Position numbers and translations under genes: made by a program. Positions 50,474-64,000 of a DNA stretch of 64,000 bases are shown here, piece by piece. The stretch is from Lama guanicoe (lineage: Eukaryota): positions 9,048,970 through 9,112,969 of the forward strand of contig MU056000.1 of the NCBI GenBank assembly GCA_013239625.1, written 5' to 3'. The notes beneath the pieces were generated by a model. The model was given only the letters and a program-made list of their open reading frames with translations. It made no database searches and was not told where the DNA came from. Within the stretch, counting starts at the first letter, position 1. Every line of letters begins with the position of its first letter.

Positions 50474-52593
50474 GATGGATTGGGGCTTTGGGGCTGTTTG
50501 GGGCAAGGATATAGTTAGCTCTATGTATGGAAGAAAGATGCAAAAGGATATTTGAAGACCAGGAGGGAAGACTGTACCAGGGACTGATAATGTTTACTGA
50601 TGAAACCATGTGTTTCCCTACGTTTCTCAGTCCCCTCGAAGATGTAGGCTGTGCTGTAACACTACTAACTGGCCAGTAGGCTGTGGCTAGAGTGGCATGT
50701 TTCATCTAGACAAAAATGTTAAGGAGCCAGTGCTTTGTTTTATATGCTCTATTTTCATAAGACAACAATTGTGAAAAATATTGTGAAATGGTACAACTTC
50801 ATAATCACCATTGGTTATGTACCTTGAGTAAGACAGCAGTATTTGTCTTTTTAAGTGCCCAAGAGTGGGTGGCACTTTTTGTTTATTTGTTTAGTTGGTT
50901 TTATCTCACCATAGTTTATCTGACTAATAAATTAAGTTGTCATGAGTTACCAAACATTTTACAGTTCATTAGATTTGTATGTGTATTTTCAGTTAGGTTT
51001 TCATTGTTTTTTTAAAAAAATCATAAAAATAGTTTCTTATCAGCTACTTCCCTTCACATTTTTTTCATACAATTGTTTAGATGACAAGTATAGATGATAA
51101 CTAAAATATATGTTTAAGAAGAGAAATCAGAAAGAAATCAACTTTAATTTTCCTCTCATTTAAATCCTGAAGAAGAGGAAATATGTAAGGACAACTTAAC
51201 AAGTGGTAAAAATAAATTTTGAAATCATATATTTAGAATGTAAATTAATAAATTTTACTAATATATGAACTTTATTAAATACAGAGTAAAACACACGTGT
51301 CCTCTCTCTCACTATTCTTAGGTAACACATGCTCTAAAACCTTCCAATACATCAGGGGTGAAATTTAGGTCAGCACACTGAAAATGCAGTGTTACATTAC
51401 ACAATGAGGTGTAACATTGCCACAGTATTATTTTCTGTATTGTGTCTTCAATGTGATGTTCAGTGTTTTCTAATACCCTTCCTGAATCCATCAGTATCAT
51501 TAACTCATAATACTTCACCTTGGCCACGAGACAGGTTACCATTATTGCAGCTCCTAGAATTAATCAGCATCATTAATGGTCTAGAAAAGCCACCTTTTAA
51601 AAAATGTCTGCAGTGACTCCATATGATTTTCATCTGGCTGATCGTAGTGTCTAGTGCTTCCTTGATCAAGTTATTAGAAGTCTGTGGGAGGCAGGGTTTG
51701 ACACCCTACCACCAACCACATAAGAGGAGGTACATGCTTTCCTTGTTACAACAATTATTTGGAAATCATTTCTAAGATCCTTCTCTTTGGAAATTGCTCA
51801 ATGGTTGGGTCTCTCTAGCCAGTGCCATGGCTTTGTCTCTCTGCTACTCTGTTCCTGACAGCTTTGTCCATACATGACAGAGAATGCATAGAACACATGT
51901 CCCTACTATTAGAAAGAGCAACCTTGCAGTCTTAAACAACTAGCATTTCATGAACACACACAATAATATATTTGCAATATGCCTCACTTCATATATCCAG
52001 TGAGGCAGGTAGGGGAATTAAGATTCCTTGTAGTTCATTCAAGTTTGATTAAGCTTTTGGTTATAATTAGATATCATATGAATATATAAACACACAGGTC
52101 AACATTTACTCTATATGCCAAATTTTGATTTATTGCCAAGAATAAACATTTTTTCAATGACTTGCAAAGATGTCTATAATTTGTGGCACCATTTTCTTGA
52201 TTTTACATCAGAATATTCCCTTACTTAGGGCTTGGAGAATTGCACATTTTCGATTTGAGTATTCACCTGTAGCTCCCAGAGACTGGTACAGAGCCTGGCA
52301 CAGATGCAGCATATGACAGCGTTTGCAAATCAGTAGTGAGTAGACCCTGTGAGTTCTTCCCCAAATCATATCTCTCAATTGTCACAACTCTTATACACTT
52401 AAATACTCTCTATAATTTCCACATAGTAATGAATAAATATAACAAAAGACTTCGACTTGGTGACATTCCCTACAACAAACTTTTGTTGTAAATGTCATCT
52501 CAACCTTTCATATTTAATCATTCCTGGATAAGATCACTCTCTGTTCCCTTGGTTTGATATGTTTCTTCTTCCTTCTCTGTTTGAATTTGTCTC

Positions 52594-52728
52594 TTTACTG
52601 GCCTCTTTATTTTCAACTTATTTTAAATTTGTTGCAAATGTGTTTTAATACTGGCCTCTTTATTTTCGACTTATTTTACTGGCCTCTTTATTTTCAACTT
52701 ATTTTAAATTTGTTGCAAATGTGTTTTA
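52594..52728. repeat. Nested tandem duplication (long-short-long units)
   Basis: TACTGGCCTCTTTATTTTC(A/G)ACTTATTTTA three times; first and third extend with AATTTGTTGCAAATGTGTTTTA. Confidence 0.95.
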
Positions 52729-53801
52729 TTATTGACAGCAAAAATAAATATTCTGCTGGTTAGTATAGTATCATCTTTCATGATATTCTATCACATGGCA
52801 GTGTTTAGAACACTAACATGTAGAATGCTAACTTCAACGCTTTTATTTCTACAAGCAGAAAGACTCAGCTTGACTATCACGTTCTTGGTCTTTCCGGGTC
52901 AGAAATCTCCAGCACACATGATAATTAAAAACTTCTATGGGAATGAGGTTATAATCTATCAAACTGGAATCATCAGTCTCTTCCCAGTGCTCATACCTTT
53001 CTAACCCTGTTCCCCGGATTTCCTCAGACCATGGAGTGACAACTGTGGACAAATCCCCTTTGCTGGGATGCAGAGAAAGACCATGGCTTCAGGGACACCA
53101 AGATGCCTGGGTCTCAGGAGCCACTTGGCTCTGGGATTCCAACAACATGGAGTTGGCCGGAAAGGAGAATGGAAACAGGACCTGTGCTCCATATTCCCAG
53201 AATTCCCTCTGCTCCCTGTCACTTCTGCCGCAACACCTACTCAAGACCCGTTTGCATGTTTCTTCTTTATCCTGGGATATGTCTTACAAGGAGTTCTGAA
53301 AGGCTCATGTTTTAAGTAAAAATTTAATATTTTAATGCTAAGAATTTCAACTTATTCCTAAATGCATGTAAAAGAAACAAAACAAACAGAACAAAACAGG
53401 TCCAACAAATATGGACGATACTGTTCTTAATCAAATCAATATTTTCTTTTGAGACATCTTCAAATAATTACATTAATTTTTAGATGCAGAACTTAAAAAT
53501 AGAAGACAAATATCACAGGAAAAGAACTCAGTATTTTATAATCTGAAAGTTTTGCTATTATCTTTATATGAACTTAAAAAGTGAGGAAGTTCAAAGTTAT
53601 TTTTTAAGTTCATTTAGTATTATTTACTCTTGACTTTTAGTAGACAAAGATGAATTATCTAATTGTGGAATGACAATGCCATCTAAATCCTTCTGTATTT
53701 TCCCTGAATTTACAATGTTTTAATGTACCAATCTCTTTTCAAGTGGACTCAAGAGATGTGTAGTCTTTAAAATTGTGATTCTCATCTCACACAGTTTTAA
53801 G

Positions 53802-53814
53802 ACACACACACGCG

Positions 53815-53846
<32 letters not shown>
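53802..53846. repeat. (CA)n/(CG)n alternating purine-pyrimidine microsatellite
   Basis: ACACACACACGCGCACGCGCGCACACACA... Confidence 0.95.
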
Positions 53847-56222
53847 AAATAAAGTGAGAACAATATTGCCAGAAACTTGCTTTTAATCATTTCACATTGT
53901 ACACATCCTCAGTTTACATACTTATTGGTGTTTAAAGATAACTTCAAGATCTATAGCCAATTTATGTTTTCATTATATTTATAGTTTTAAATACAAATAA
54001 TATTTAAAACTTTGGTTGAATTTATTTTTAAATTGTTGACTTTAATCATTAACTTGAATCTTCTCTTTCACTGGCCCTTGTTGTACTGCATATACACACA
54101 CTCATCTCTCTCCTATTGTAAACAAAATTTAAGAGACGTTAGAAGATTAAAAACCTGTTGTTTATACACCTGAATTTCCTTTGTAAATAAAATAAATAAA
54201 AATACTATACATACAAATAATATACTTTACTTAAGAAGACAAATAATAATATGAACATGATTATTTGGAAAAAAGGTGAACACAATTTTATATATTAATA
54301 TAACTCCTTTTTGTTGTGTTCTTGTTCTTTTAACAGGTTGGAAAAATATATGTTAATCTATAATAAAATTTAAATAAAAATTAATATTGCTTGACCTTAG
54401 TTAAGAAAACATGCTGACTCGTCACTGGAACACAGAGAAAAAAGAGTAGGATTTATTCCTTTTGGACTAAATCATACTTAACTAAATTGTGCAACAGCTA
54501 ATTTTAAATTTATGCTTGCAGAAGATATTCCAAATGACAGATCAAAATGTGATGCACCCAACATATGTTTCTGCCAATATTACACTAAGGGGGACATTGT
54601 TTGCAAACCAAGGTGAATCTATAAGTGTTCCTCTATGTGATTATAGAAATGTTATGTATAAACAGATGATAAAAACATAAATACATAAAGCTGCTAGTCA
54701 GAGACTATCCCGTGTGTAATTTCAGTAATTTTCTATTTACTGAGCCTTATTTATGACACAGTGAGATATCTTTTATATTCAGAAATATATTATATTTTTC
54801 TTCAAAAGCAGGTTTCATATATCATTTTGAATTTCTCTCAATTTAACAGCATTGTTCAAACTGATTTATTTCCTTTTTTAGATCTGAAAATTGGGAAATT
54901 TTTACTCTTCATTTTAAATGAAGAGTAAATTAGTCTTCATTTTGGAAATACCACCTACCTATTAAAAAATGAAACGGCAGTTGCAATTTAGGGCATGAAA
55001 TTTTTAAAATGCAATGGAAAAGCACAGTGTTATTCCCACAAAAAGCCCCAGTGGGAACATAACAGCCAAAACTAGCAGTAATTTTGGCTCTAGTTAAGCT
55101 CTGGAAGTATCATCCTAGAAGCAAAATTATTTTGTGAAAATCTACATTTTAAGTGCCCAAAGATAAGCTTGGGTAACAATATTTTCCCATGTACAGCTGT
55201 TTCTACATCAAGATGACCTTTCTGAAAATGAGTTTCACTGGTCTACCCCGTGGAAGTCCTGATGCTCTGCTTCCTTATAATGTACAAATATCTGCAGTCA
55301 TCTTATTCAGAAACATGTAATGGAAAATGCCATAGTGTATCAGATAAATATTAATTTCTCAAGTTATCTGACACTATCTGCTGCCTGACTCTACATAAAA
55401 AGGCTAGATTTCATCCTTAAATATAATCTCTTTTTAGCCTTTGTAGAATAGCATGTTACTTTGAACTACAGTTGCTGGACTCCATAAATGATACTAAAGC
55501 AATACTGGGAAATGTTTCCTATTATAAGACGGACTTCCATCAGGACAATTCCAGTGTGCAACGTGAGACGTCTGTGCAGGAGTCCACACATCGAATTAGC
55601 ACTGCCCATGCTTTGGCCCATGCATGGAGCATTCCACAGGAAGTGAAACAGGCACTTGGAGGCCTTTCCATGACATCTGTTCATTCACTTGTCTGCTCAC
55701 AGGTTACTGACCTCATATAGGATGTTTTGGTCTACAGTATACTGTCTGTTTGGCAGAAGCATTTATTTCTTACATCTTTGTTTACCCTCCCCTTAAATGA
55801 GGACATTTAAAAATTTTAAAAAGTCAGAAGAAAGAAGAGAAATATATTTTCTCATAAATATTACCTGTAAGGAAGTGAATATATTCCCTAAAACAAATTT
55901 GAGCATGATCAAATTGTTCTGGGGGCACGATGCTAGTTTATTTTCTGAGTATTTATATAATGAGACAGTTTTGTTCCATGCTACAAGGTTAACTTAGACA
56001 GCAATAAGCATGTTTCTGTGAGGTCTGCTCTCTGTCTCTCTGGGCCAAGGGTATTTGCCCCCATCATTGATGTTTTGCTGGACCACGTGGCTTCCTGTGG
56101 CCAATGGAATGTCATTGCAGGGGATGCAAACTGAGGCTCTAAATAAACTCATCTGGTTTGGCTCGCTCCTTGCACTTGGGTCCATCTTCCAGGGAACTGA
56201 GTTCAGAGGTAGCCTGGACTGT

Positions 56223-56709
56223 CGCAGTAGGTAAGCCGAATAATGGTCCTTCAAATAAAACATATTTAAATGATCATCATACTTATCTTAAACCCCAGAA
56301 CCTGTGAATACGTTACCTTCGATGACAAAAGAGACTTTCGAGATGTGATCATGTATGTTGAGATGGGAAGATGACCTGAATTATTTGGGTGGACTAGTCT
56401 AATCACAGTGATTTTTACCAGAGTAAAGCAGGACAGTCAGAGAGGAAGAAAAAAGACATGGGATGACAACAGCAAAGGTTGGAGAAATGCAAGGAAGGGG
56501 CCACTAGCCAAGGGATGTGGGTGAACTTTACAAATCATGAAAAGCAAGAAAACGGACTCTCCCTAAAAGAATCCAGAAGGAGTGCAGCCCCGTCATCACC
56601 TTAAGTTTTGGGCTTCTGTCTTCTAAGACCATAGAGATAATACTTTTGCAATGTTTTAATCCAACAAGTTCGTGGTAATTTGGTAGAGCAGCAAAAGGAA
56701 ATTAATACA
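56223..56709 (+). mobile_element. MLT1D-like solo LTR, probably nested in an older MLT1 (~56000-56830)
   Basis: GAATAATGGTCC..CCCCAGAACCTGTGAATACGTTACCTT..GTGGTAATTTGG..GCAGCAAAAGGAAATTAATACA. Confidence 0.85.
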
Positions 56710-58059
56710 ATATCCATGAACACACACAACCAGAATCAAACCCACAGCCTGGGTCCAGGCCAGCAGATTTCAGTCTAAAGCAGAGCCATTTTAGACGAGA
56801 CTTAGAAGTTTGTTTATGAAGTAGAAGTTCTGTCGCTTTCTCTCTGCCTCTCTCTCTCTCTCTCTCAAGGCAAATACATAACTTTATTTTTCTATTTTAC
56901 CTAAAATAGAATTATAGATAGATGGATACATAGAATCTGTTTTGAACTGACTATAGTTAAGATTATAGGCTATAAATTAGGGTACGAAAGAGTGTATCTT
57001 GTATCTAGTTTCATATCTGCCTATAAGGGTATATTTATCATTTTTAATGGCTCCAAATAATTAGTTGCTCCAAATAATTTGTTTAACTAGTAGACAAAGG
57101 AGGAATAAAATTCAACCCAACTGTTCTTACTATATAATTAGAGAATATAGATTGTTGGTAAATAACTGATAAATATTATAGTGACACAAGTACATTAGAA
57201 ATTGCGTGAATTTTGTTAATACACATGAATGTTAATTCATGCTAAATTATCTACCTCGCGTCTGGCCTGAGTGGCAGGAATAAAAATTTAGATGATGAAT
57301 CATACTGAGTTGAGAATTATGTGTGGCTTTCAAAAATTTTTTTTCAATTAATCAGGCTGAACTTTCTCCTATAAGTATAGAAACAGAGAAATAGTCCTTT
57401 CAGTGTTAGGGAAAAAAAGATTCTTTTTGTATTCCATGTTACCTCGTTATATGTTAAGTTAAAATTTTTTGAAAAAAAGGTTTTGAATTATGTTTACTTT
57501 GAAAATCAATACAGAGTATGTCATATATATTTAGTAATTAAAGAGAATGTAGACAATTTGATATAAAAGACAATTAAATAATTGCTTATGAACTGAAGAT
57601 TAAAATTATTCTTTGAAATTCTCAGAGTTATGCTTTTTTGCCCAAATCACAGAAAAAAATAGATAAGCAAGCATTTAAAATTCAGAGCTATATCCAATCA
57701 TTTGCTAATCAGCTAATATTCTTATTTTGAGGTGAATAGAAAAATATCTGGAGACCTTGATCATTTAATATTTAATTAAAATATGACACATTTAAATATT
57801 TTTAATGAAATCGCTAGCTAGGAGTTTAATTTCCCAGCAGTGCCTCTGCTGAAACTCGTTTACCCTGCTTCTCCCCAGTTCTGTGTTTTTGCTTAATCCT
57901 TTTGCTCTGGAAAGTGGAAGTAGTTCCCCAGGGAGTTCTTTGCACTCCAAAAATGTCAAGAAAGTTTGACAGCTCTCCAATGAAGATGAAATTAGAATAA
58001 CATAGCTGACAAAAAGAAAAATCCAACCAAATAAGCATATAATTGTTCATCGAACCTAG

Positions 58060-58260
58060 AACTTGTGAGACAATGACTTGTTTCCTAGGCAATTACGTCA
58101 TTGCCTGGTATGCATGAAATGTTTCTGTGCAGGTGTCATCAAAGGGCAAACGATGACTCGATGTTCTGAACTCCTCTGTGGATGTGTAATGTCAATGAAA
58201 GCAGGCACCCAGCGGTTACTCAGTATTGTTTGCTGAAATAGTCCGAAACAGCTAAAAATG
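58060..58260. promoter_or_regulatory. Candidate non-repeat enhancer core
   Basis: TTACGTCA inside a 20 bp quasi-palindrome (58087-58106); CAGGTG, TGTCA and ATCAAAG overlapping at 58130-58144. Motif evidence only. Confidence 0.35.
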
Positions 58261-60489
58261 GCTACCAAGACTGAAAATCCTGCAAAAAAGAGATCTCCGT
58301 GAACTTGATAGTGGTATTTTTTTGTTTGTGTGTTTTAACCTATTGAGTCCATCACTGCTAATGGAGTTTTCATGGTGGTATCAGCAAACAACAAATTGAA
58401 CCAATAAATTAGGCTCTGGTGTCTCAGCAGAAAATATAATTATCTGTGATTTTTTTGTAATAGTAAGAATAAGCGCAATAATTAATAATAAAATAATCTA
58501 AATATTTTAGGCTTTTGTATTTGAGTATTACTGGGTTTCTATCTTCTGGCTGCATTTTGATTACCAGGGCAAATATAAGGAATATTTCAATTATACACAG
58601 CTAAGCCAACCCCTACACCATTATTTGAGTGACTTTCTCCTCTTCATTGTAGTGCGCTAATTTGTAACAATTAGAATAAAGGAAGAAATATGTATAACAT
58701 ACAAAAGAAAATAATATATAAATATAATTTTCTTTTAAAAATTCTAAGAATTGGAAGGCATGTTTCATAAAATGTAAATCATACGTACATATTTTATTAC
58801 ACCCTGATTATCAGCATGTAGCCGGGAATTAGCCAAATGACAATGGCAAAACACTTAATGCTGTATTTTACAAATTCGAAATGATTTCTAATGGATTTGA
58901 CTGTTCAGTAGTCCAATTATTAGCGCTTTTTTTTAAACAGGTAGATAGCTAATATGGTTGGAGAAAAGCTCGAGTTTGTTAGCTTTCTCAGAAAATTGCC
59001 TACTTTAGAGGGAAAAGTACATTAACCCTCTTAATTTCTCAATGGCAAGAAATATTGCCATGTAGGTACTAATGAATAAAAAACTTACATTTTAAAATTA
59101 TTTAACTCGATACACAGATTTTATCAAAGGAATGATGTATTTTATTAAAGTAGAAGGATTTTATATAATTTACATGTTTTCCAGCATAAGTACTTTTAAA
59201 TAACAAATTAAGTTTCATAATCTAGTTTACATGCTTGTGATACATGGACTTTTGTATTTTTTTCCTGACAAGATACTTTGCTTAACTCAATGGTTTTGTA
59301 TAATTGCAAAGAAGATGAGTCTTTAGGAAATATTGGTCTCCCTATCTAAATGGCAAGAAAAAACAATTGATGTTCAAATGACTATGTTTGAATAAAGCTT
59401 CATGCTACACAAAATGTAAATATAAATTACATTAATTTGTTTGTCATAAAATGCTTGGAGGAATGTTTCCCAGACACCTGTATGATCTCTGTCATAATTA
59501 TAAAGTTTTCTTGCTGTTGTACAAATCCCATGAGGAAATTATGTTTCTGTTATCATCAGAACTAGTAAGAGCAGCCTGAGGTCCACTCCGAAAGCCCTGA
59601 TTTTAAGCATCAGTTAAGTACTTACCTGATCTGTCTTAGCTGATTATTGGATGTTCAGTTTAACTGTAAACTAAATGATAACATAATAAGACAGACAAAA
59701 TGAATGTCTAACTTTCTCACTATTGTTAAACTGTCCCAAAGAAGTTATTTGTACAAAGATGTCTTTTAAGGGACTTGAACTTATGTGAATGTTAATAGCA
59801 GTTATGACCTGTAACTTCTAAAACTTTGCACTTTAAATTAGCATTTTATTTAATAACTTGTCCTTCTAATAATGACTAGATTGATGTATCTGTTTTTAAA
59901 AGTAACAATTGAATATGCAGTTAATACGTAAAGACAAATGAAGGGCATTTCTTATACTCTGAGAGCATTCCAAAGTCTAACATTTCAAACATTCTTCTAA
60001 AGAAAAAATAATTTTTAAGCGTATTATCTCTCATACAAGTAGAGCTACCAAACCATTGTACCAAAATGAGCACTTTCACTCTGTCAAATAAAGGTCAAAA
60101 ATATATGTTCACATTACTTATATTCAACAATAAACTACATTCTGCAGAACAATGATAACTTTTGACTTCAACTTTAACTGCTGTTTGAGATAAATAATGA
60201 AAAAAATGAGCAAAGTATTCTTAAAGAAAAGCATAAGAGAATTTATTAACATATAATGTAAATATTTAAAATCTAAATGATAAACTCATTTCTGTGTTTG
60301 TGATTTTTAATTTCATTGGCTATTAGGCACACATCATTAATATTTACTTACCATGTATAAATGTACTTATGAAACTTGAATGCTATATGGTATGTGTTAG
60401 AAATATGCCAATTTAGGCTTACATTAGATTTTCTCATGCTTTTTTCTCATTGTGTCTAGTGTGTCCATACTCACTATTGTGAAGATAAG

Positions 60490-60562
60490 ACCTATTTTCA
60501 TGGCTTTAAGTACCATATATATGCTGACAAATCCCAAAATGTTATCTATAATCCAGAACTCT
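60490..60562 (+). mobile_element. L2 fragment
   Basis: TCATGGCTTTAAGTACCATATATATGCTGACAAATCCCAAAAT. Confidence 0.6.
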
Positions 60563-61319
60563 ATTTACTTTATGCTGCAATCATTAATAATTTTATAACT
60601 CAATTTACATCTATATTTGTCAACATCATCCTGAAATCTACACTTAAAAATTAAAACACAGTAACAAAATAAAATAATTAATGGAACTAAACATTTGCAG
60701 CCCTTCCTTTGCATAATACTGTGCTAACTACAACCTCTGCATACTCATTTTGAGACCTCCGTTTGCAAGTTTCTGTGGTCACTGAAATTCAGCACTGGTC
60801 ACGCAGCAATCATGCAAAGTGAAGACTGCCTGTAACTTGTAATGACTCCTCAGGAGTAATGTTTCCCCACCCTCCACCCCCCAAACAGTGGCTTATGATA
60901 ACTTATTTTCCAGACAATTTCCCATGAGTTCCATAGAGGTTCCCTCTCGATCCTTCCAAAGACAATTTTAATTATATTTATATGTAAAGTTTCCCTAGAA
61001 CAATATGTAAACTGAAATTTAACAGTGACTAAATTATCTAAAATTCTGTGTTACTTTTAGATCTTTAGTGCTTAAATTTAAAAGTGTTTTAAAATCCCAA
61101 ATGAAGTTGTTTTGCCATATGGAAAAATATACTTGATTTACTAACACTTTTCATTTAAAAACTAAATGTTATTTTAATGAATTTTATCAAAGTCCTCTCC
61201 TCAGATAGATAACCCCTATATGCAGAGGTGTTGAATTGAAAAGAACAAGAATTCTAGATTAAAGTTTTTAATTTGCATAATACCCTATCATACTAAAAAA
61301 AAAACAGCATTCATTTGAC

Positions 61320-61765
61320 GAGAAGGAATGTCACTGTTATGGTCTTCCTTCCAAAAAAACTCACTAACTCCACTCTAACAATGACACAGACATCAATGAA
61401 ATCCAAACTGAGGGACATGCTATAAAATACCAGACCAATATCCCTCAAAATTGTCCAGATCAACAATGACAAGTGAAATCTGAGAAAAAGTCACAAATCA
61501 GGGAAAGCTAAGGAGACATGATTCTTAAATGTGAAGTGTCACCTAGATGGGCTCCTGGGACAGAAGGAGTGAAGAGGGAAGGCATCTGATCAAACTGTGG
61601 AATTTAGCTAATAAGAATGTAAAGGCTACTTCCTTAGTTCTGACAAGACTATGTAAGAAGTTACCGATAGGGGAAACCAGGAGTGGTGTATGTGGAAACT
61701 CTCTGTGCTCTGTTTACAACTCCTCTGTAAATCTAAAATTATTCTAACATAAAGTTTACTTTCAT
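61320..61765 (+). mobile_element. L1MC/MD-like 3' UTR
   Basis: AATCCAAACTGAGGGACATGCTATAAAATAC..GGAAACTCTCTGTGCT..CTGTAAATCTAAAATTATTCTAA. Confidence 0.72.
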
Positions 61766-62239
61766 AAAATATACCATAAAGGTTAACCAACTGTACAAAT
61801 GAAGCCATAAACAAAATTTAGCAATTTCAAATAATTGAGTTATTTATGTCTTTAATGATTTGGTAGGATAGAACTTTAGAACATGGTGCAATTCATGAGA
61901 AAGTCCCCTCTCTTTTGACATATTTTTCTCGGTGGAGTTAAGAGATGGTTATAAGGGACACACAAATTACAATTGAAATTTAGGAGAAGTACAACTATAT
62001 CTATAGTATTTTGCAGATGCCACAATCAAATGAAACTATTGACCAGAAGACAATACAAATATCCATTCTAAATTTCACTTTTAAGTAATTTTACTTTGTA
62101 CACATTCTTAGAAAAATGTATATCACTTCCACTAGATTTTAATTAGATGAATTAAATGTCCTGAAATCAAGTCATACAACAGAGAGTTCCAAAAGGTGAA
62201 ATCATCTTGGGCTGTTCTCTGAGTCCCAGCAATTCTTTT

Positions 62240-62853
62240 CTTTTTTTAAATTGAAGTATAGTCAGTTTACAATGTTGTGTCAACTTCTGGTGTACAGCAT
62301 AATATTTCAGTCATACACATACATACATATATTCATTTTCATATTATTTTTCATTGTAAGTTACTACAAGATATTGAATATAGTTGCCTGTGCTATACAG
62401 CAGAAACTTGTTTATCTATTTTGTATATAGTAGTTAGTATCTGCAAATCTCAAACCCGTATTTTGTCCCTTCCCACCCCCGTTCCCCACTGGTAACCATA
62501 AGTTTGTTTTCTATGTCTGTGAGTCTTTTTTTTTTTTTTTAGGTTCCACATATGAGTAATTTCATATGGTATTTTTTTTTCTCTTTCTGGCTTATTTCAC
62601 TTAGAATGATGATCTCTAGATCCACCCATGTTGCTGCAAATGGCATTATTTTATTCTTTTTGAAGCTTGAGTAGTATTCCATTGTATCAATATCTCACAA
62701 CTTCTTTATACAGTCCTCTGTCATTGGACATTTAGGTTGTTTCCATGTCTTGGCTATTGTAAATAGTGCTGCTGTGAACATTGGGGTACATGTAGTTTTT
62801 TGAATTAGAGTTCTGTCTAGATATGTGCCCAGGCGTGGTGTTGCTGGATCATA
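62240..62853 (-). mobile_element. 5'-truncated lineage-specific L1 (ORF2 end and 3' UTR)
   Basis: T tail then ATTGAAGTATAGTCAGTTTACAATGTTGTGTCAA; minus-strand translation YDPATPRLGTY..CTPMFTAALFTIAKTWKQPKCP. Confidence 0.92.
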
Positions 62854-64000
62854 TCCAAAAATTCTGTCTTCATTCTTGATGAGCAATCAATCACATGGCC
62901 ACGTGGGATCAAGTTATCACCATGCAGAGAAACAGACAACCATTATATACAATCCAAGGAAACTAGTTCACGTTTTTAAAGGTGAATGTAGCACAGATAC
63001 AAATGTATATTCTAACTTCACCTGAAAAATAAGGATTTTACTTGAGCACTCTGATAAAATAGTGTAGTTGCATTTGCAGCAGGAGAAAACACATTTCCTA
63101 CCCAGGAGAGATCACAATCTAACCTTTAAAAAGGTGGGGGAAAATAGTGGTATCTTTCTCACACTTAGAAAGAAACAACAAATACATGACAGTAACCAGG
63201 TCTGCATTCAATTTGTCAAACTGGGCAACCATGGCAACCACTCTTGATGACGAAGTTCAGGGAGGAGGGAGAGCAGAATACAGGTCCTTGACTGGGGACC
63301 AAATTTAGTTTTGTCCAACTCTTTAGGTCTAGAGAAGGTGGAAATAATCTGACATTCCTCTCCTCCCACCAATTTCTACAAGCGGACTCCAGTGCTACAC
63401 GGAGAATTCATTCAGTCTCCTACAGGGATCACTCAGCTCTCACAGAAAAGGACTTGGTCGTAAATTAGACACGAGCTCAAAATGACTCCACCCCTGTGAA
63501 CCAGCAAGACATTAGAGCCAGGAGACAATTTCTCACTCAGTTGGAAGTCCCTTATAAAAGGTTATGGATTAAACCTAATGGGAAAGAGAAAACACAAGTC
63601 TGATAAATGATGCTCTTCAGAGGGCTACATTAACCCAGGCGCTGCTGGCAGGAGTCTCAGAGTCACCTCCTTTGACCCAGGCAACGTGTTACCCATTGTG
63701 GGAGAATATGCCAAGGAGGTGATGGAAACAGAGATGTTGCCTGAACAAGAGAAATGAGGCCCCATATAGCATCACACAGAGGTAAGACACAGTGTTTACA
63801 TACAGCGTTTCAAAAGCAATTGATGATGTCTTGTGGTTTATGCCGCTTCTTACAGCTTCAGTTTCCTGAAGAGTCAACCCAGAAATGACCATATTTGAGA
63901 TGAATGTTTTCTTCGCAAAATATGCTAAATTCAGTGATCTACCCCTTTGAGAAAACACGGATTACCACCCTGCCACAGACAGGCTTCAAAGGTCAAGTGT

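Noticed and set aside
52554..52763. ORF with internal peptide repeat YWPLYFQLILNLLQMCF
   Set aside because: Simply the translation of the local tandem duplication
55472..55720. 82 aa ORF following a CAG in unique sequence
   Set aside because: No ATG start, weak pyrimidine tract, peptide not recognised
1..64000. L1 orientation bias as evidence for a host gene on the minus strand
   Set aside because: Plus-strand L1s are somewhat more common but several minus-strand copies exist; too weak to infer a gene

Overview
AT-rich, repeat-dense mammalian non-coding DNA, either intergenic or inside a large intron. It is most likely camelid: two tRNA-derived SINEs and several L1 3' ends (..GAAATTGACACAACATTGTAAA..) resemble camelid families as I recall them, which is an inference and not a database result. 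I recognise no protein-coding exon, RNA gene or CRISPR array, and the supplied ORFs are chance frames or decayed L1/LTR sequence. The window is a mosaic of old L1M, L2 and MIR fragments, MaLR (MLT1) LTRs, ERV solo LTRs, younger L1 3' ends, microsatellites and local tandem duplications. The most unusual structures are: (1) an ~820 bp palindrome made of two related LTRs fused head-to-head (11836-12657), within a cluster of four LTRs; (2) a twin-primed, 5'-inverted L1 with visible TSD and priming microhomology (29722-30683); (3) an L1 carrying a probable short 3' transduction (19995-20289); (4) a 57 bp L1 tail with a perfect 16 bp TSD; (5) a ~212 bp tandem duplication with one-sided CpG loss; (6) a GC-richer, motif-dense island whose SINE tail shows weak-to-strong substitutions. 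I found no evidence for a novel coding system. Repeat family names come from remembered consensus motifs, and boundaries of old repeats are approximate.
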